A stretch of 64,000 nucleotides of DNA from an uncultured Gemmatimonadales bacterium (GTDB lineage Bacteria; Gemmatimonadota; Gemmatimonadetes; Gemmatimonadales; GWC2-71-9): assembly GCA_963730185.1 (NCBI GenBank), contig CAVSQW010000006.1, positions 448,001 through 512,000 of the forward strand, in the 5' to 3' direction. The notes below the pieces were generated by a model, which made no database searches, was not told where the DNA came from, and saw only the letters and a program-made list of their open reading frames with translations. A program made the position numbers and the translations under genes. Positions 1-8,834 of the stretch are shown here, one piece after another; position 1 is the first letter of the stretch, and every line of letters starts with the position of its first letter.

Positions 1-233
1 GATCGGCCGACTACAACCAGCAGCTGTCCGAGCGCCGAGCAATGTCGGCGGCGCGGTACCTGGTGTCGGTCGGAGTGGACGGCGCCCGGGTGGTGACCCA
101 GGGACGGGGCGAGACCGAGCCCGTCGCCAGCAACGACACCGAGGCCGGGCGGGCGGCCAACCGCCGGGTGGAAGTGGCCATCTTCGCCAGCCGTGCCTAT
201 CGGCAGAAGCTCGAGAAGTCGAGCGGCTCGTGA
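1..233 (+). CDS. OmpA-family peptidoglycan-binding protein, C-terminal part (5' truncated by window)
   Basis: Frame open from base 3: YNQQLSERRA...GRGETEPVASNDTEAGRAANRRVE, the OmpA C-terminal signature. Confidence 0.92.
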   Translation, partial: SADYNQQLSERRAMSAARYLVSVGVDGARVVTQGRGETEPVASNDTEAGRAANRRVEVAIFASRAYRQKLEKSSGS

Positions 234-589
234 GGCCGGGGCTCGCAGTGATCGGACGCCTGGCCCGCCTCCTCGCAGTCGGCGGCCTCCTGGTGTTGGC
301 CGCGTGTCCCGGCGCCACGCCCATCAGGGACCTGCTCGACGATCCGAACCGTTACGAAGGCAAGACGGTGCGGATCGCCGGGGAGGTGACCGAGTCGATC
401 GGCGCGCTCGGAGTCGGCGGCTACGAGGTCGACGACGGGACGGGCACGCTCCCGGTCGTGGTTCGAGGTGGGGGAGCGCCGCCTCGGGTGGGGGCCAAGG
501 TGGGGGTCGAGGGAACCTTCCGATCGGCGTTCACGCTGGGCAACCTGACCGTGGCCGCACTGGTCGAGAAGAACCGCCGCGTTCCGTAG
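230..589 (+). CDS. Putative lipoprotein with OB-fold-like domain
   Basis: Lipobox-like LAAC; YEGKTVRIAGEV...YEVDDGTGTLPVV...VGVEG resembles an OB fold; GTGA overlap with the OmpA stop. Confidence 0.7.
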   Translation: MRPGLAVIGRLARLLAVGGLLVLAACPGATPIRDLLDDPNRYEGKTVRIAGEVTESIGALGVGGYEVDDGTGTLPVVVRGGGAPPRVGAKVGVEGTFRSAFTLGNLTVAALVEKNRRVP

Positions 590-622
590 TCGTCGCCTCG
601 CCTCGAGCGAAGGGCCCACGGC

Positions 623-913
623 GTGCTGATGAGGCGCTCCCGTTCCGCCATCGCCCTCCTGGTCTTCGTCGCGGCCCTCCTCGCGGCCGCGGTCGCGTTT
701 CAGCACCTGACGAGCATCGCCGGTCTGGTCGTCATCGGCCCCGGCTACCTGGTCCAGACCTGGCTGTTCGAGCGGCATTGGGCCCTGGGCGGACTGGGCT
801 ACGCCGCCACGATGATCGGGGTCTCGGCTGCGTTCTGGACGCTGCTGGTCGGGCTGGTGGGGGGGGCGATCGGCTGGCTGATCCGCCGGTTGGGCCGTCG
901 TCGGGACGTCTGA
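623..913 (+). CDS. Small hypothetical membrane protein
   Basis: 96 aa with 2-3 hydrophobic segments and GC3-rich codons. Confidence 0.55.
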   Translation: MLMRRSRSAIALLVFVAALLAAAVAFQHLTSIAGLVVIGPGYLVQTWLFERHWALGGLGYAATMIGVSAAFWTLLVGLVGGAIGWLIRRLGRRRDV

Positions 914-993
914 CCGAGGAAGGCGCCCATCCGGCCGGTCCTCCAAAAGGCGATGACGATATCTTTGAGCGTCACCCGCCCACTCAGGTATCC

Positions 994-1710
994 ATGCCCA
1001 CCGTTGGACTGGTCGGAGGGCTCGGCCCCGAATCGACGATCGACTACTACCGTCGGATCCTCGAATCGTGGTCCCGGATCGACCCCGGAACCGCGCCCTC
1101 GATCGTGATCGACAGCCTCGACGTGCAGCGGGCCCTCCGGTTGGTGGCGGGCGACCGGGGGCCACTGATCGAGTACCTGGCCGCGTCGGTCGAGCGGCTG
1201 GCCGGGGCGGGCGTGGACTTCGTGGCGATGACAGCCAACACTCCTCACCTGGTCTTCGACGAAGTGGCGGCCCGGTCGCGAGTTCCCCTGCTCAGCATCG
1301 TCGAGACCTGCGCGCTCGAAGCCCGGCAACTCGGGCTCGTGCAGCTCGCGCTTCTGGGTACCCGGTTCACGATGGAGGGCCCGTTCTACCCCGAGGTGTT
1401 CGGGCGTCACGGCCTCACCGTCGTCACACCGGACCAGCCGGAGCGAAGCTGGATCCACGAGCGCTACGTGGGCGAGCTCTTGAGGGGCGACTTCCGGGAG
1501 GAGACTCGCCTGGGCGTGGCGGCGGTCGTGGATCGGCTTCGCCGCGAGCAGGCCGTCGACGGCGTGATTCTCGGGGGGACGGAGCTTCCCTTGCTCCTCG
1601 GCGATCCGGTCGTAGCCGGGCTCCCCGCGCTCGACACCACGGCGCTCCACGTGGCGGCGATCGTCGCCCGGCTCCGCTCGACCGCTCAGGAGCGAGCCGG
1701 GCAACCCTAG
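994..1710 (+). CDS. Aspartate/glutamate racemase family protein (catalytic Cys positions replaced)
   Basis: MPTVGLVGGLGPESTIDYY start, ANTPH, LLGTRFTME, ILGGTELP; ATG at 994 inside the 193..1710 ORF. Confidence 0.88.
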   Translation: MPTVGLVGGLGPESTIDYYRRILESWSRIDPGTAPSIVIDSLDVQRALRLVAGDRGPLIEYLAASVERLAGAGVDFVAMTANTPHLVFDEVAARSRVPLLSIVETCALEARQLGLVQLALLGTRFTMEGPFYPEVFGRHGLTVVTPDQPERSWIHERYVGELLRGDFREETRLGVAAVVDRLRREQAVDGVILGGTELPLLLGDPVVAGLPALDTTALHVAAIVARLRSTAQERAGQP

Positions 1711-1777
1711 TCTCCCCCACTCCCGCCGAGGGACCTGCCAGACCATGCCGGAGTCGTGACGGAACGGCGACGGAGGG

Positions 1778-2938
1778 ATGATCCCGTCGTGGCGCCACGC
1801 CGCGACCATCCCTCTCGGTGTTCAGCCACTCTCCTCACAACTGGACAGGTCCATCTCACGTACTCTGACGAGTCTCTGGCTCGCCCTCGCCGCCGGCGCC
1901 TTGGGCACCGGCTGCGCCACGGACGTCCCCACCCCCACCGATCCGGCCCTCAGCGCGAACCGCGGCCGCGACACCAAGGTCGCCGACGGACGGGATCACG
2001 GCCGCGACGGGCACGGTCGTCGGACCGCGACAATGGCGGTCATCGGCGACGTCCCCTACGGCGATCCCGCGCGGGCCAGCTTCCCGTCCCTGATCGGCGC
2101 CATCAACCTAGATCCTGAGGTGCAGGTGGTCGTCCACGTCGGCGACATCAAGTCGGGCAGCACCCAGTGTACCAACGACTGGTTCCGCGCCATCTACGAC
2201 GACTTCCAGACCTTCGCCGATCCGCTGGTCTACGCCATCGGTGACAACGAGTGGACCGACTGCCATCGGGCCAACAACGGCGGCTACAACCCGCTCGACC
2301 GGCTCGCCGCGGTGCGCGAGATCTTCTTCTCCCAGCCGGGCTGGACGCTCGGCGCCCATCCGACGCGGACCCGCGCGGAGCGGCGCTACCCCGAGAACCA
2401 GCGCTGGAAAGACGCCGACGTGGTGTTCGCCAGCCTTCACATCATCGGGTCCAACAACGGGCTCGATCCCTGGTTCGGCGACCGGGTGCCGCCGGGTGAG
2501 ACCCCCGAAGAGACAGCTTCGCGGATCGCCGAGGTCACCGCCCGGAACAGGGCGAACCTCGAGTGGCTGGCGCGGACGTTCGAGGAGGCCCGGGAGGAAC
2601 ACGCCGCCGGGGTGGTCCTCTTCTTCCAGGCCGATCTCTGGCACCCGGAAGATCGGGCCGCCGGCGCGGACTTCAGCGAGCACACGGCGTTCGTCCAGCA
2701 ACTGGCGAAGCTGGCCTCGCGGTTCCGGGGCCAAGTGCTTCTGGTGAGTGGCGACAGTCATGATCTGCGGGTCGATCCGGGCGTTCCGTGGTTCAGCTTC
2801 TACGGCGCCGAGCCCCAGCCCAACGTGACCCAGCTGATCGTGGACCGGAGCATCGAGGCCGACATCGACTGGGTCAAGCTGACCGTCGATCCGACCTCAC
2901 CGACGGTCTTCAGTTGGGAGCAGCGTTTCGTTCCCTGA
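1778..2938 (+). CDS. Exported metallophosphoesterase (calcineurin-like)
   Basis: GDVPY, HVGDIKSG, GDNEWTDC and GDSH motifs; hydrophobic leader with LGTGC; start uncertain. Confidence 0.82.
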   Translation: MIPSWRHAATIPLGVQPLSSQLDRSISRTLTSLWLALAAGALGTGCATDVPTPTDPALSANRGRDTKVADGRDHGRDGHGRRTATMAVIGDVPYGDPARASFPSLIGAINLDPEVQVVVHVGDIKSGSTQCTNDWFRAIYDDFQTFADPLVYAIGDNEWTDCHRANNGGYNPLDRLAAVREIFFSQPGWTLGAHPTRTRAERRYPENQRWKDADVVFASLHIIGSNNGLDPWFGDRVPPGETPEETASRIAEVTARNRANLEWLARTFEEAREEHAAGVVLFFQADLWHPEDRAAGADFSEHTAFVQQLAKLASRFRGQVLLVSGDSHDLRVDPGVPWFSFYGAEPQPNVTQLIVDRSIEADIDWVKLTVDPTSPTVFSWEQRFVP

Positions 2939-3106
2939 CGCACTCGCGCGCGATTCGCCGTCCGGCGGCGGGGCCTCAGGCCTCGCCGGCGGATCCGGCG
3001 TCGAGGCCGGCCTCGGCTTCCTTCGGCCGTTCGCGGAGGCCCGCGGCTTCGAGGAAGGCTCGGTGAGCGGGCTGTTCTGGGCGGGGCTCCGGGGTTCCTT
3101 CTCGCG

Positions 3107-3883
3107 CTAGCCGGCGACGACGGCGGCCGGCCGGGCGAAGAACCGCTTCCGATCCAGCCCGAGCACCAGCAGGCAGATCACGATCTGTCCCGCCGTGGCC
3201 GCCTGCACGCCCGCCGGCGAGCCGATCAGCTCTCTGGTGTGATTGGCCATCAGGTGGATGATGATCGCGGGCAGGATGTTTCCCTTGGTATGCAGGTGAC
3301 ACCAGGTCATCAAGATCGTGAGCGTGATGGTCCCGACGACGAACCACCAGAAGTTGAACTGGCTTTGCGGAAACCCCGGAATGACGAAGACCGGCAGGTG
3401 CCACACACCCCAGACCACGCCGAGGACGAGGGCCGAGGTGGCCGGCGACCACCGGTCCAGGAGGCGAGGGAGGGCGTAGCCCCGCCACCCCAGCTCCTCA
3501 CCGAGGGGGCCGGGATCGAGCAGGAGGCCGAGGCCGAGAATCCCCGGCACGGCCGAGGCGGCGGGAAACGAGAAAGGCGCCCCGGCCACGAGCATCCACA
3601 TCGCGGTGGCGACCGGCAGCACCAGGAATGCCACCAGATACCAGATCGGGTTGAACGCGAGCGGGTTGAGCCGGCGGAAGAGCGCGGCCAGGCCGGAGCG
3701 GCCTCCGTAGATCGCCGTCAGAGCGAGACTGATCAGGCTGGGCCCGTAGACCGCCAGAAAGAAGAGCGGGCTCCGGATACCCGACCCGCCCGCCGCCGGG
3801 ACCAGCGCGATGATGGCGGCGACGCCCCAGGTGAAGAGGTAGACGACGATGAAGAAGAGAAGAAGCTGGCGCTGGCGGCTCAC
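3107..3883 (-). CDS. CPBP (CAAX/Abi) family intramembrane metalloprotease
   Basis: GEELGWRGY, WGVWHLP and IIIHLMAN motifs; multiple TM helices. Confidence 0.93.
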   Translation of the reverse strand: MSRQRQLLLFFIVVYLFTWGVAAIIALVPAAGGSGIRSPLFFLAVYGPSLISLALTAIYGGRSGLAALFRRLNPLAFNPIWYLVAFLVLPVATAMWMLVAGAPFSFPAASAVPGILGLGLLLDPGPLGEELGWRGYALPRLLDRWSPATSALVLGVVWGVWHLPVFVIPGFPQSQFNFWWFVVGTITLTILMTWCHLHTKGNILPAIIIHLMANHTRELIGSPAGVQAATAGQIVICLLVLGLDRKRFFARPAAVVAG

Positions 3884-5382
3884 GAGGCGCCTCCGGCCAG
3901 GAGCTGCGCCAATATCCGATCGGCCACGCCCCGGGCGTCCGCGCCCGCGTCACCGGTCAGGAAGATGACGGCGGCTCCCCGGGCCGGCACCCGCTCGATG
4001 GCGGCCCGCCGTCCGTCCGCCGTGCCGAAGACGGCGTACCGCTCCTCCCCACCAACCGTGTCGACCTCCCAGCCTCGGTTCAGGTCGACACCGGGGCGGC
4101 GTCCGCCGGCGGCCCAGTCCGTTGGCGTCAGGCCCAGCACCAGCCGGTAGAGCTCGTCAACCGACGACTCGACGCCGCCGCCGTCCGAGGCCCGAGTCCG
4201 ATGGAGTCCGAAGCGCACGCCGACCGACCGGGTCAGACAGGCCTGGAACGGCGTGAGCGGCCGGGCCGGGCCGGCACCGCTCCCGCCCCGCCCGTTCCGA
4301 GGCGGCGGCGCCGGGAGCTGGGCGCAGAGCGAGTCGAACACCGCCTTGATGCCGCCGACGTCGAAGAGCGGAAGCGTGGTGGTCGGCATGTAGCGCGGTC
4401 CCTGGGGCACACCCCAGGAGCGATCCACCAGAACGCGGCCTTCGACGGCCACCAGGAGTGTCGCGCCACCATGCGCCCCGTCCCGGTACGGCGCCAGCAA
4501 GCTGTCGGCCAGACGGGTCAGGTCTCCGCGCGAGTCCGCGGCGCGACGGACCACCTCCCGGGTGGCCAGGTCGAACACGTCGCCCGGGTGGAGGGTGACG
4601 AACGGCTTGCCGGGGTCCGGCTGGCGGACCTGATAGGCGAAGGCCTGGCCCGCGCCGATGATGGTCGCGGTGTCGCCCCGGACGACCCAGGCGGTACCCT
4701 CGTCGGCCGAGATCGGGAGCAGCTCGGGGTAGCGGGGGACGATCGAGTCGGCTAGATCGGGGAGGCGCTCGCGGGCCACGACGTGCTGGTCGATCCCGAC
4801 CCCCCGCAGGAAGGCGAACCCCTTCTCGTGGCTGGGGTCGTCCATGATGAAGTTGTCGTTGGACGGGGCGCCGCGGACCAGGAAGTCGCCCAGAATGGTG
4901 GCCCCGGCCGAAGATCCGGCCACCACGCCGCCGCGGGCCAGCACCGAGTGGAAGCCCGCCTCAGTCTTGGTGCCGGCGTAGGCATCGACCAGGCGGTATT
5001 GTCGTCCCCCGTCGAACCAGACACCCCCGGCCCGATCGAGCACCGCGGCGAAGGAATCACTGTTGGCGACGGCGCGATCCGTCGTGTGAAGCACCACTAC
5101 GTTCCGGGCCCCGGCGTTTCGCCAGGCTTCGGCTCCCGGGTAGTCGGACGGATACGTCTCGCCGCCACCGGCCGTCGGCACCACCACGATCAGGGCGTCA
5201 GGACCGCCGGCCGCCTCGATGAAGGTGCGTCGGATCTCGGGGCCGAGCTGACCGCCGCCGACCGGGATCACGGTCCCCGCGGCCGGACCGACCTGAGGGG
5301 CGGCGGGCGCCGCCCCCTGAGCCAGTACGGTGCCGGAAAGGAGCAGCGACAGCGCTGCCGGGAGAATCGCGGAGCGGATCAT
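3880..5382 (-). CDS. Exported cyanophycinase-like peptidase S51 with degenerate beta-lactamase-like C-terminal region
   Basis: Signal peptide MIRSAILPAALSLLL (ATG 5382); VPTA, WFDGGRQ, GSSAGA, IDQH and DEGTA motifs. Confidence 0.85.
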   Translation of the reverse strand: MIRSAILPAALSLLLSGTVLAQGAAPAAPQVGPAAGTVIPVGGGQLGPEIRRTFIEAAGGPDALIVVVPTAGGGETYPSDYPGAEAWRNAGARNVVVLHTTDRAVANSDSFAAVLDRAGGVWFDGGRQYRLVDAYAGTKTEAGFHSVLARGGVVAGSSAGATILGDFLVRGAPSNDNFIMDDPSHEKGFAFLRGVGIDQHVVARERLPDLADSIVPRYPELLPISADEGTAWVVRGDTATIIGAGQAFAYQVRQPDPGKPFVTLHPGDVFDLATREVVRRAADSRGDLTRLADSLLAPYRDGAHGGATLLVAVEGRVLVDRSWGVPQGPRYMPTTTLPLFDVGGIKAVFDSLCAQLPAPPPRNGRGGSGAGPARPLTPFQACLTRSVGVRFGLHRTRASDGGGVESSVDELYRLVLGLTPTDWAAGGRRPGVDLNRGWEVDTVGGEERYAVFGTADGRRAAIERVPARGAAVIFLTGDAGADARGVADRILAQLLAGGAS

Positions 5383-5603
5383 GGCATCATACCGTCGGGG
5401 AGAGGTTCGAAACCGATCGTGCCTATTGTAGCACGACGCCGCCACCCGGCCAGGGGCCGGCGGTCGGGTCACCGAATGGCCGATCTGGCGATACATTCTC
5501 CTCGACTCTCCCCTGGAGCTCCGGTGCTCACCCTCCTCCGCCGACCCGGCCGGATGGGCGTCGCCGCCGGTCACGCTCCTGGTTCGTAACCCGTAGCGAG
5601 TAA

Positions 5604-5885
5604 ATGAGAGGCACGATGGCCATACCCGCCATAGCGATCTTCGCGGTCCTGATGGTGTTGATCCTCCAGCGGAACCGACGGCCGTACGGGGCGCCGCCCG
5701 GCCTGGCCGAGACCGTCCGCGACCTTCAGGAAGAGAACGAGACACTCCGGCAGGAATCGCTGGCCCACGAGCAGGCGATCGGCGAACTGGCGGAGCGGCT
5801 CGACTTCGCGGAGCGGATGCTGGCCCAGGTCCGCGAGGCCCGCGCTCTCCCGCCGGCCGACCCGGGACAGGCCGAACCCCGGTAG
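5604..5885 (+). CDS. Small single-TM coiled-coil protein (ELAERLDFAERML motif)
   Basis: N-terminal TM helix then heptad-rich region; paralogue at 18491-18769; start may be 5616. Confidence 0.75.
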   Translation: MRGTMAIPAIAIFAVLMVLILQRNRRPYGAPPGLAETVRDLQEENETLRQESLAHEQAIGELAERLDFAERMLAQVREARALPPADPGQAEPR

Positions 5886-5948
5886 CGGGTCGAGGTCTCC
5901 GATTCACCAACCGCCCACGAGACGTTCCACCCCTGCGCGACCGCCGAA

Positions 5949-6082
5949 CCCTAACGGGCATCGGGAGTTGCGGCCCTAACGCCAGCCGCGCCCGGGGCCC
6001 GGCCACCCGGATGCCGTGACCCTAACGGTACGATTTTCCGGCTCAGACCGACGAAGCCGCCCGTTTTCGAGTATCTTTAGGG
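5949..6082. promoter_or_regulatory. Repeated CCCTAACG boxes, candidate regulator sites
   Basis: CCCTAACG at 5949, 5974 and 6020, plus inverted TTAGGG at 6077, in an intergenic region. Confidence 0.4.
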
Positions 6083-6132
6083 TGATGCTCGCATCCATGC
6101 GGCACGAACTTCTCTTGCAGGACGGTGACCGA

Positions 6133-6501
6133 ATGCCAGAATCCCGTTCCACGAACCGTTCGATGTCCGGCGGCCGACGTTCCCTCGCGCAGCGCGTCGA
6201 AGACCGGGTCAGCCGGGCCGCGCAGGCCCGACGGCGTCGCCACGGGGCGGCCCGTCCCCGGATTCGCCCGGCCAAGCGCCCGACCGACGCGGCCCATGCC
6301 GCGCACGATGGCGAGGCCAAGGCGCTCCGCGACGTGTTCGTGGACCTGGGGGAGCGTTATCGGGCGTACCGACGACGCACCGGAACGCCGATCTCCCCGG
6401 TGATCCGTTCCGCCGCCTGTGCCTTCCGAGCCGAGCCCAGCCTGCTGGCCCTGATTCCGGTCGCGGGCCATCTCGACGATTTGTCGCTGCTCGACTGGTA
6501 G
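6133..6501 (+). CDS. Hypothetical protein
   Basis: Protein-like C-terminal half (ALRDVFVDLGERYRAYRRRTG...LDDLSLLDW); start uncertain (6097 or 6133). Confidence 0.6.
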   Translation: MPESRSTNRSMSGGRRSLAQRVEDRVSRAAQARRRRHGAARPRIRPAKRPTDAAHAAHDGEAKALRDVFVDLGERYRAYRRRTGTPISPVIRSAACAFRAEPSLLALIPVAGHLDDLSLLDW

Positions 6502-6560
6502 CCCGCGCGGACCTCGCTTGTCCGCTCGACTCGACCGGCGCCGCTTGGACAGGGCGCCGG

Positions 6561-8753
6561 TCAACGTACCAGGATCTCGTCCGCGAAGATCCACGAGGGC
6601 TGCCCCGCCCCCGGATGACCCAGCGGCAGCGGTCCGGACGACCGCGCCACCACTCGCACCCAGCGCGCCGGATGCGGCGCGGCGAGCCGCACGGTCAGCG
6701 AACGTCGCTGCGCCTGTCGCGGATCGACCAGGCTATCGGGAAGAACCGATCCGACCAGGCTCCAGTTCAGGGCGTCCAACGAGAGCCAGACCGTGAGCTG
6801 TCTCGGCTCGACGATCCAGCTCTGGAGGTCCTGCAGAAACGAACCGGTCACCTCGCGAACGTCCACCTCACGTCCCAAATCGACGGTGGCATCGAGGTCC
6901 GAGCCCAACCATCCCTGCCAGAAGCCATCATGGAGATCGGTCGAGCCGAGGGCGTGATCGGTGAGGGTGTGAGGACCGGTGCCCGGGTACCGCGCGGAAG
7001 AGTGCTTGGCCAGCGCGACCGGTCGCCCCCAAGCCAGGTTGGGCATGAGGGCGTAAGTCCGCTCGTAGGGAAGCGGCTTCCCGTTCAGGTAGGCGGCGAC
7101 GGTGACCTGGCCCGAATCGGGCAGCGGCGAGGGCGTCGTGCGGATCGTGACGCCGGAGAAACCGGGAGCGGCCTCGACCCCGACCTGGCGGGTGGTCGAG
7201 TCGTACTTCGCCGTGAACATCACGATCGCCCGGTCGCGGGAACCGGCGGTCACCCCCATCGCGGCGAGCCGGGCATCCTGGTCGCGGTCGAGTCGGGCGA
7301 CGAAGTTGGGATACCCGCCTCCCGGGCCGCTCCAGACCGCCTCGGCAAAAGCGAGCACCCTGGGGAACATCATCGGATCGAGATTGACCGCCGTAATGTG
7401 CTCCGACCAGAACGCGGCCTCACCGCCCAGGACTCTGGCCGAGTCGGCCGGGGCCAGACTGTCGGGCGCAGGCTGGTAGCGGTAGACCGTCTCGAGCGGC
7501 AGCAGGTCGGCCTGCCGGTCCAGGTAGACGTCGCCCGGTGAGGCGATCACCGGATGTCCGGCTCGCGCGGCGAGCCGGGTCCGTTCGTCGCCCCGCCAGG
7601 CCTGGATGACCGCCGTCGGCGGGGCGCCACCGTCGAGGATCTCGTCCCAGCCGATCAGGGTCCGTCTCCGCCGGGTCAGCTGCCCTGCCAGCCAGCCGGT
7701 GAACCACCCCTGCAATGCCTCCTCGTCCGTCAGGTGCTCGTCCTTCATCCGCTGCTGCACCGCCGGCGAGGTCTTCCAACGGATCGTCGGCACCTCGTCG
7801 CCGCCGACGTGGAAATAGGGCGAAGGGAAGAGCGGCACGACCTGGTCGAGCAGATCGGACACGAAGTCGAGGACCTTCTGGTCGCCCACGCAGAGGATGT
7901 CGTCGAAGACCCCCCAGGTCGTCGGGACCCCAGTCGAGATGCCGGTGCAGCCGAGCCACGGATAAGCGGCGATCGCCGCGGAGGAGTGGCCCGGCAGATC
8001 GATCTCGGGTACCACCATCACGTGGTGCCGCCGCGCGAACTCCGCGACCTCGCGAATCTCCGGCTGGGTGTAAAAGCCTCCATAGCGGGTGCCGTCCGCT
8101 TCGGTGCGCCAGGCCCCGACCTTGGTGAGGAGAGGGTACTTGGGTATCTCGACCCGCCAGCCCTGGTCGTCGGCCAAGTGCCAGTGAAGGACGTTGATCT
8201 TGTAGCGGGCCAGGAGCGCGATCTGCCGCTCCATCTCGGGCACGGTGAGGAAGTGCCGGGCGACGTCGATCAGCGCGCCTCGCCAGTGGTAGCTCGGCCT
8301 GTCGTCGATGACGAGCGCGGGGATCTCCCAGGTCCGGCCTCGTCGCTGGTTCAACGACTCGAACTCGGGTGGGAGCAGCTGGCGGAGGGTCTGGACCCCC
8401 CAAAAGAGCCCGTCGGCATCGGCGCCGCGGACCGTGATCGAGTCGGGCGACACCTCGAGCCGATAACTCTCCGGCGGGCCTGAGGAGTCGATGGCGAGCG
8501 TGATCCGAGGCGACCTCGAACGGGCGTCCGTGCTGGTTCGGATTGGGGCCAGCGCGTCTCGGAGGAATTCGGCGGTCTCACGAGCCTCGGGCCGGTCCGA
8601 CGTCGCCACGATGGCAACGCCGTCTCGAAGCGGGAACGCACCCGGGTGGAGCGTGAGACTTCTCGGGCGGGGGACCAAGGCCGGGGGTTCGGCCGGACGA
8701 GCGGGCCGGGCCGCGGCGAGGGCGCCGAGCAGGGCCAGGGTGGTGATCAGCAT
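6561..8753 (-). CDS. Beta-N-acetylhexosaminidase (GH20) with C-terminal F5/8-type (discoidin-like) domain
   Basis: WRGALIDVARHF, HWHLADDQGWR, PEIDLPGH and FHVGGDEV motifs; signal peptide. Confidence 0.95.
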   Translation of the reverse strand: MLITTLALLGALAAARPARPAEPPALVPRPRSLTLHPGAFPLRDGVAIVATSDRPEARETAEFLRDALAPIRTSTDARSRSPRITLAIDSSGPPESYRLEVSPDSITVRGADADGLFWGVQTLRQLLPPEFESLNQRRGRTWEIPALVIDDRPSYHWRGALIDVARHFLTVPEMERQIALLARYKINVLHWHLADDQGWRVEIPKYPLLTKVGAWRTEADGTRYGGFYTQPEIREVAEFARRHHVMVVPEIDLPGHSSAAIAAYPWLGCTGISTGVPTTWGVFDDILCVGDQKVLDFVSDLLDQVVPLFPSPYFHVGGDEVPTIRWKTSPAVQQRMKDEHLTDEEALQGWFTGWLAGQLTRRRRTLIGWDEILDGGAPPTAVIQAWRGDERTRLAARAGHPVIASPGDVYLDRQADLLPLETVYRYQPAPDSLAPADSARVLGGEAAFWSEHITAVNLDPMMFPRVLAFAEAVWSGPGGGYPNFVARLDRDQDARLAAMGVTAGSRDRAIVMFTAKYDSTTRQVGVEAAPGFSGVTIRTTPSPLPDSGQVTVAAYLNGKPLPYERTYALMPNLAWGRPVALAKHSSARYPGTGPHTLTDHALGSTDLHDGFWQGWLGSDLDATVDLGREVDVREVTGSFLQDLQSWIVEPRQLTVWLSLDALNWSLVGSVLPDSLVDPRQAQRRSLTVRLAAPHPARWVRVVARSSGPLPLGHPGAGQPSWIFADEILVR

Positions 8754-8834
8754 GGCCTGAAGTGTAAATGGACATAACGTGGACGACATGGTCGCCCCGC
8801 GAGGCCCCTCGCTCGGCGCCCGCGGAGCCGCCGG

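Noticed and set aside
2976..3106. Possible gene remnant on the minus strand (…AHRAFLEAAGLRERPKEAE…)
   Set aside because: Short, no start or RBS, and no recognisable family; cannot be supported without a search
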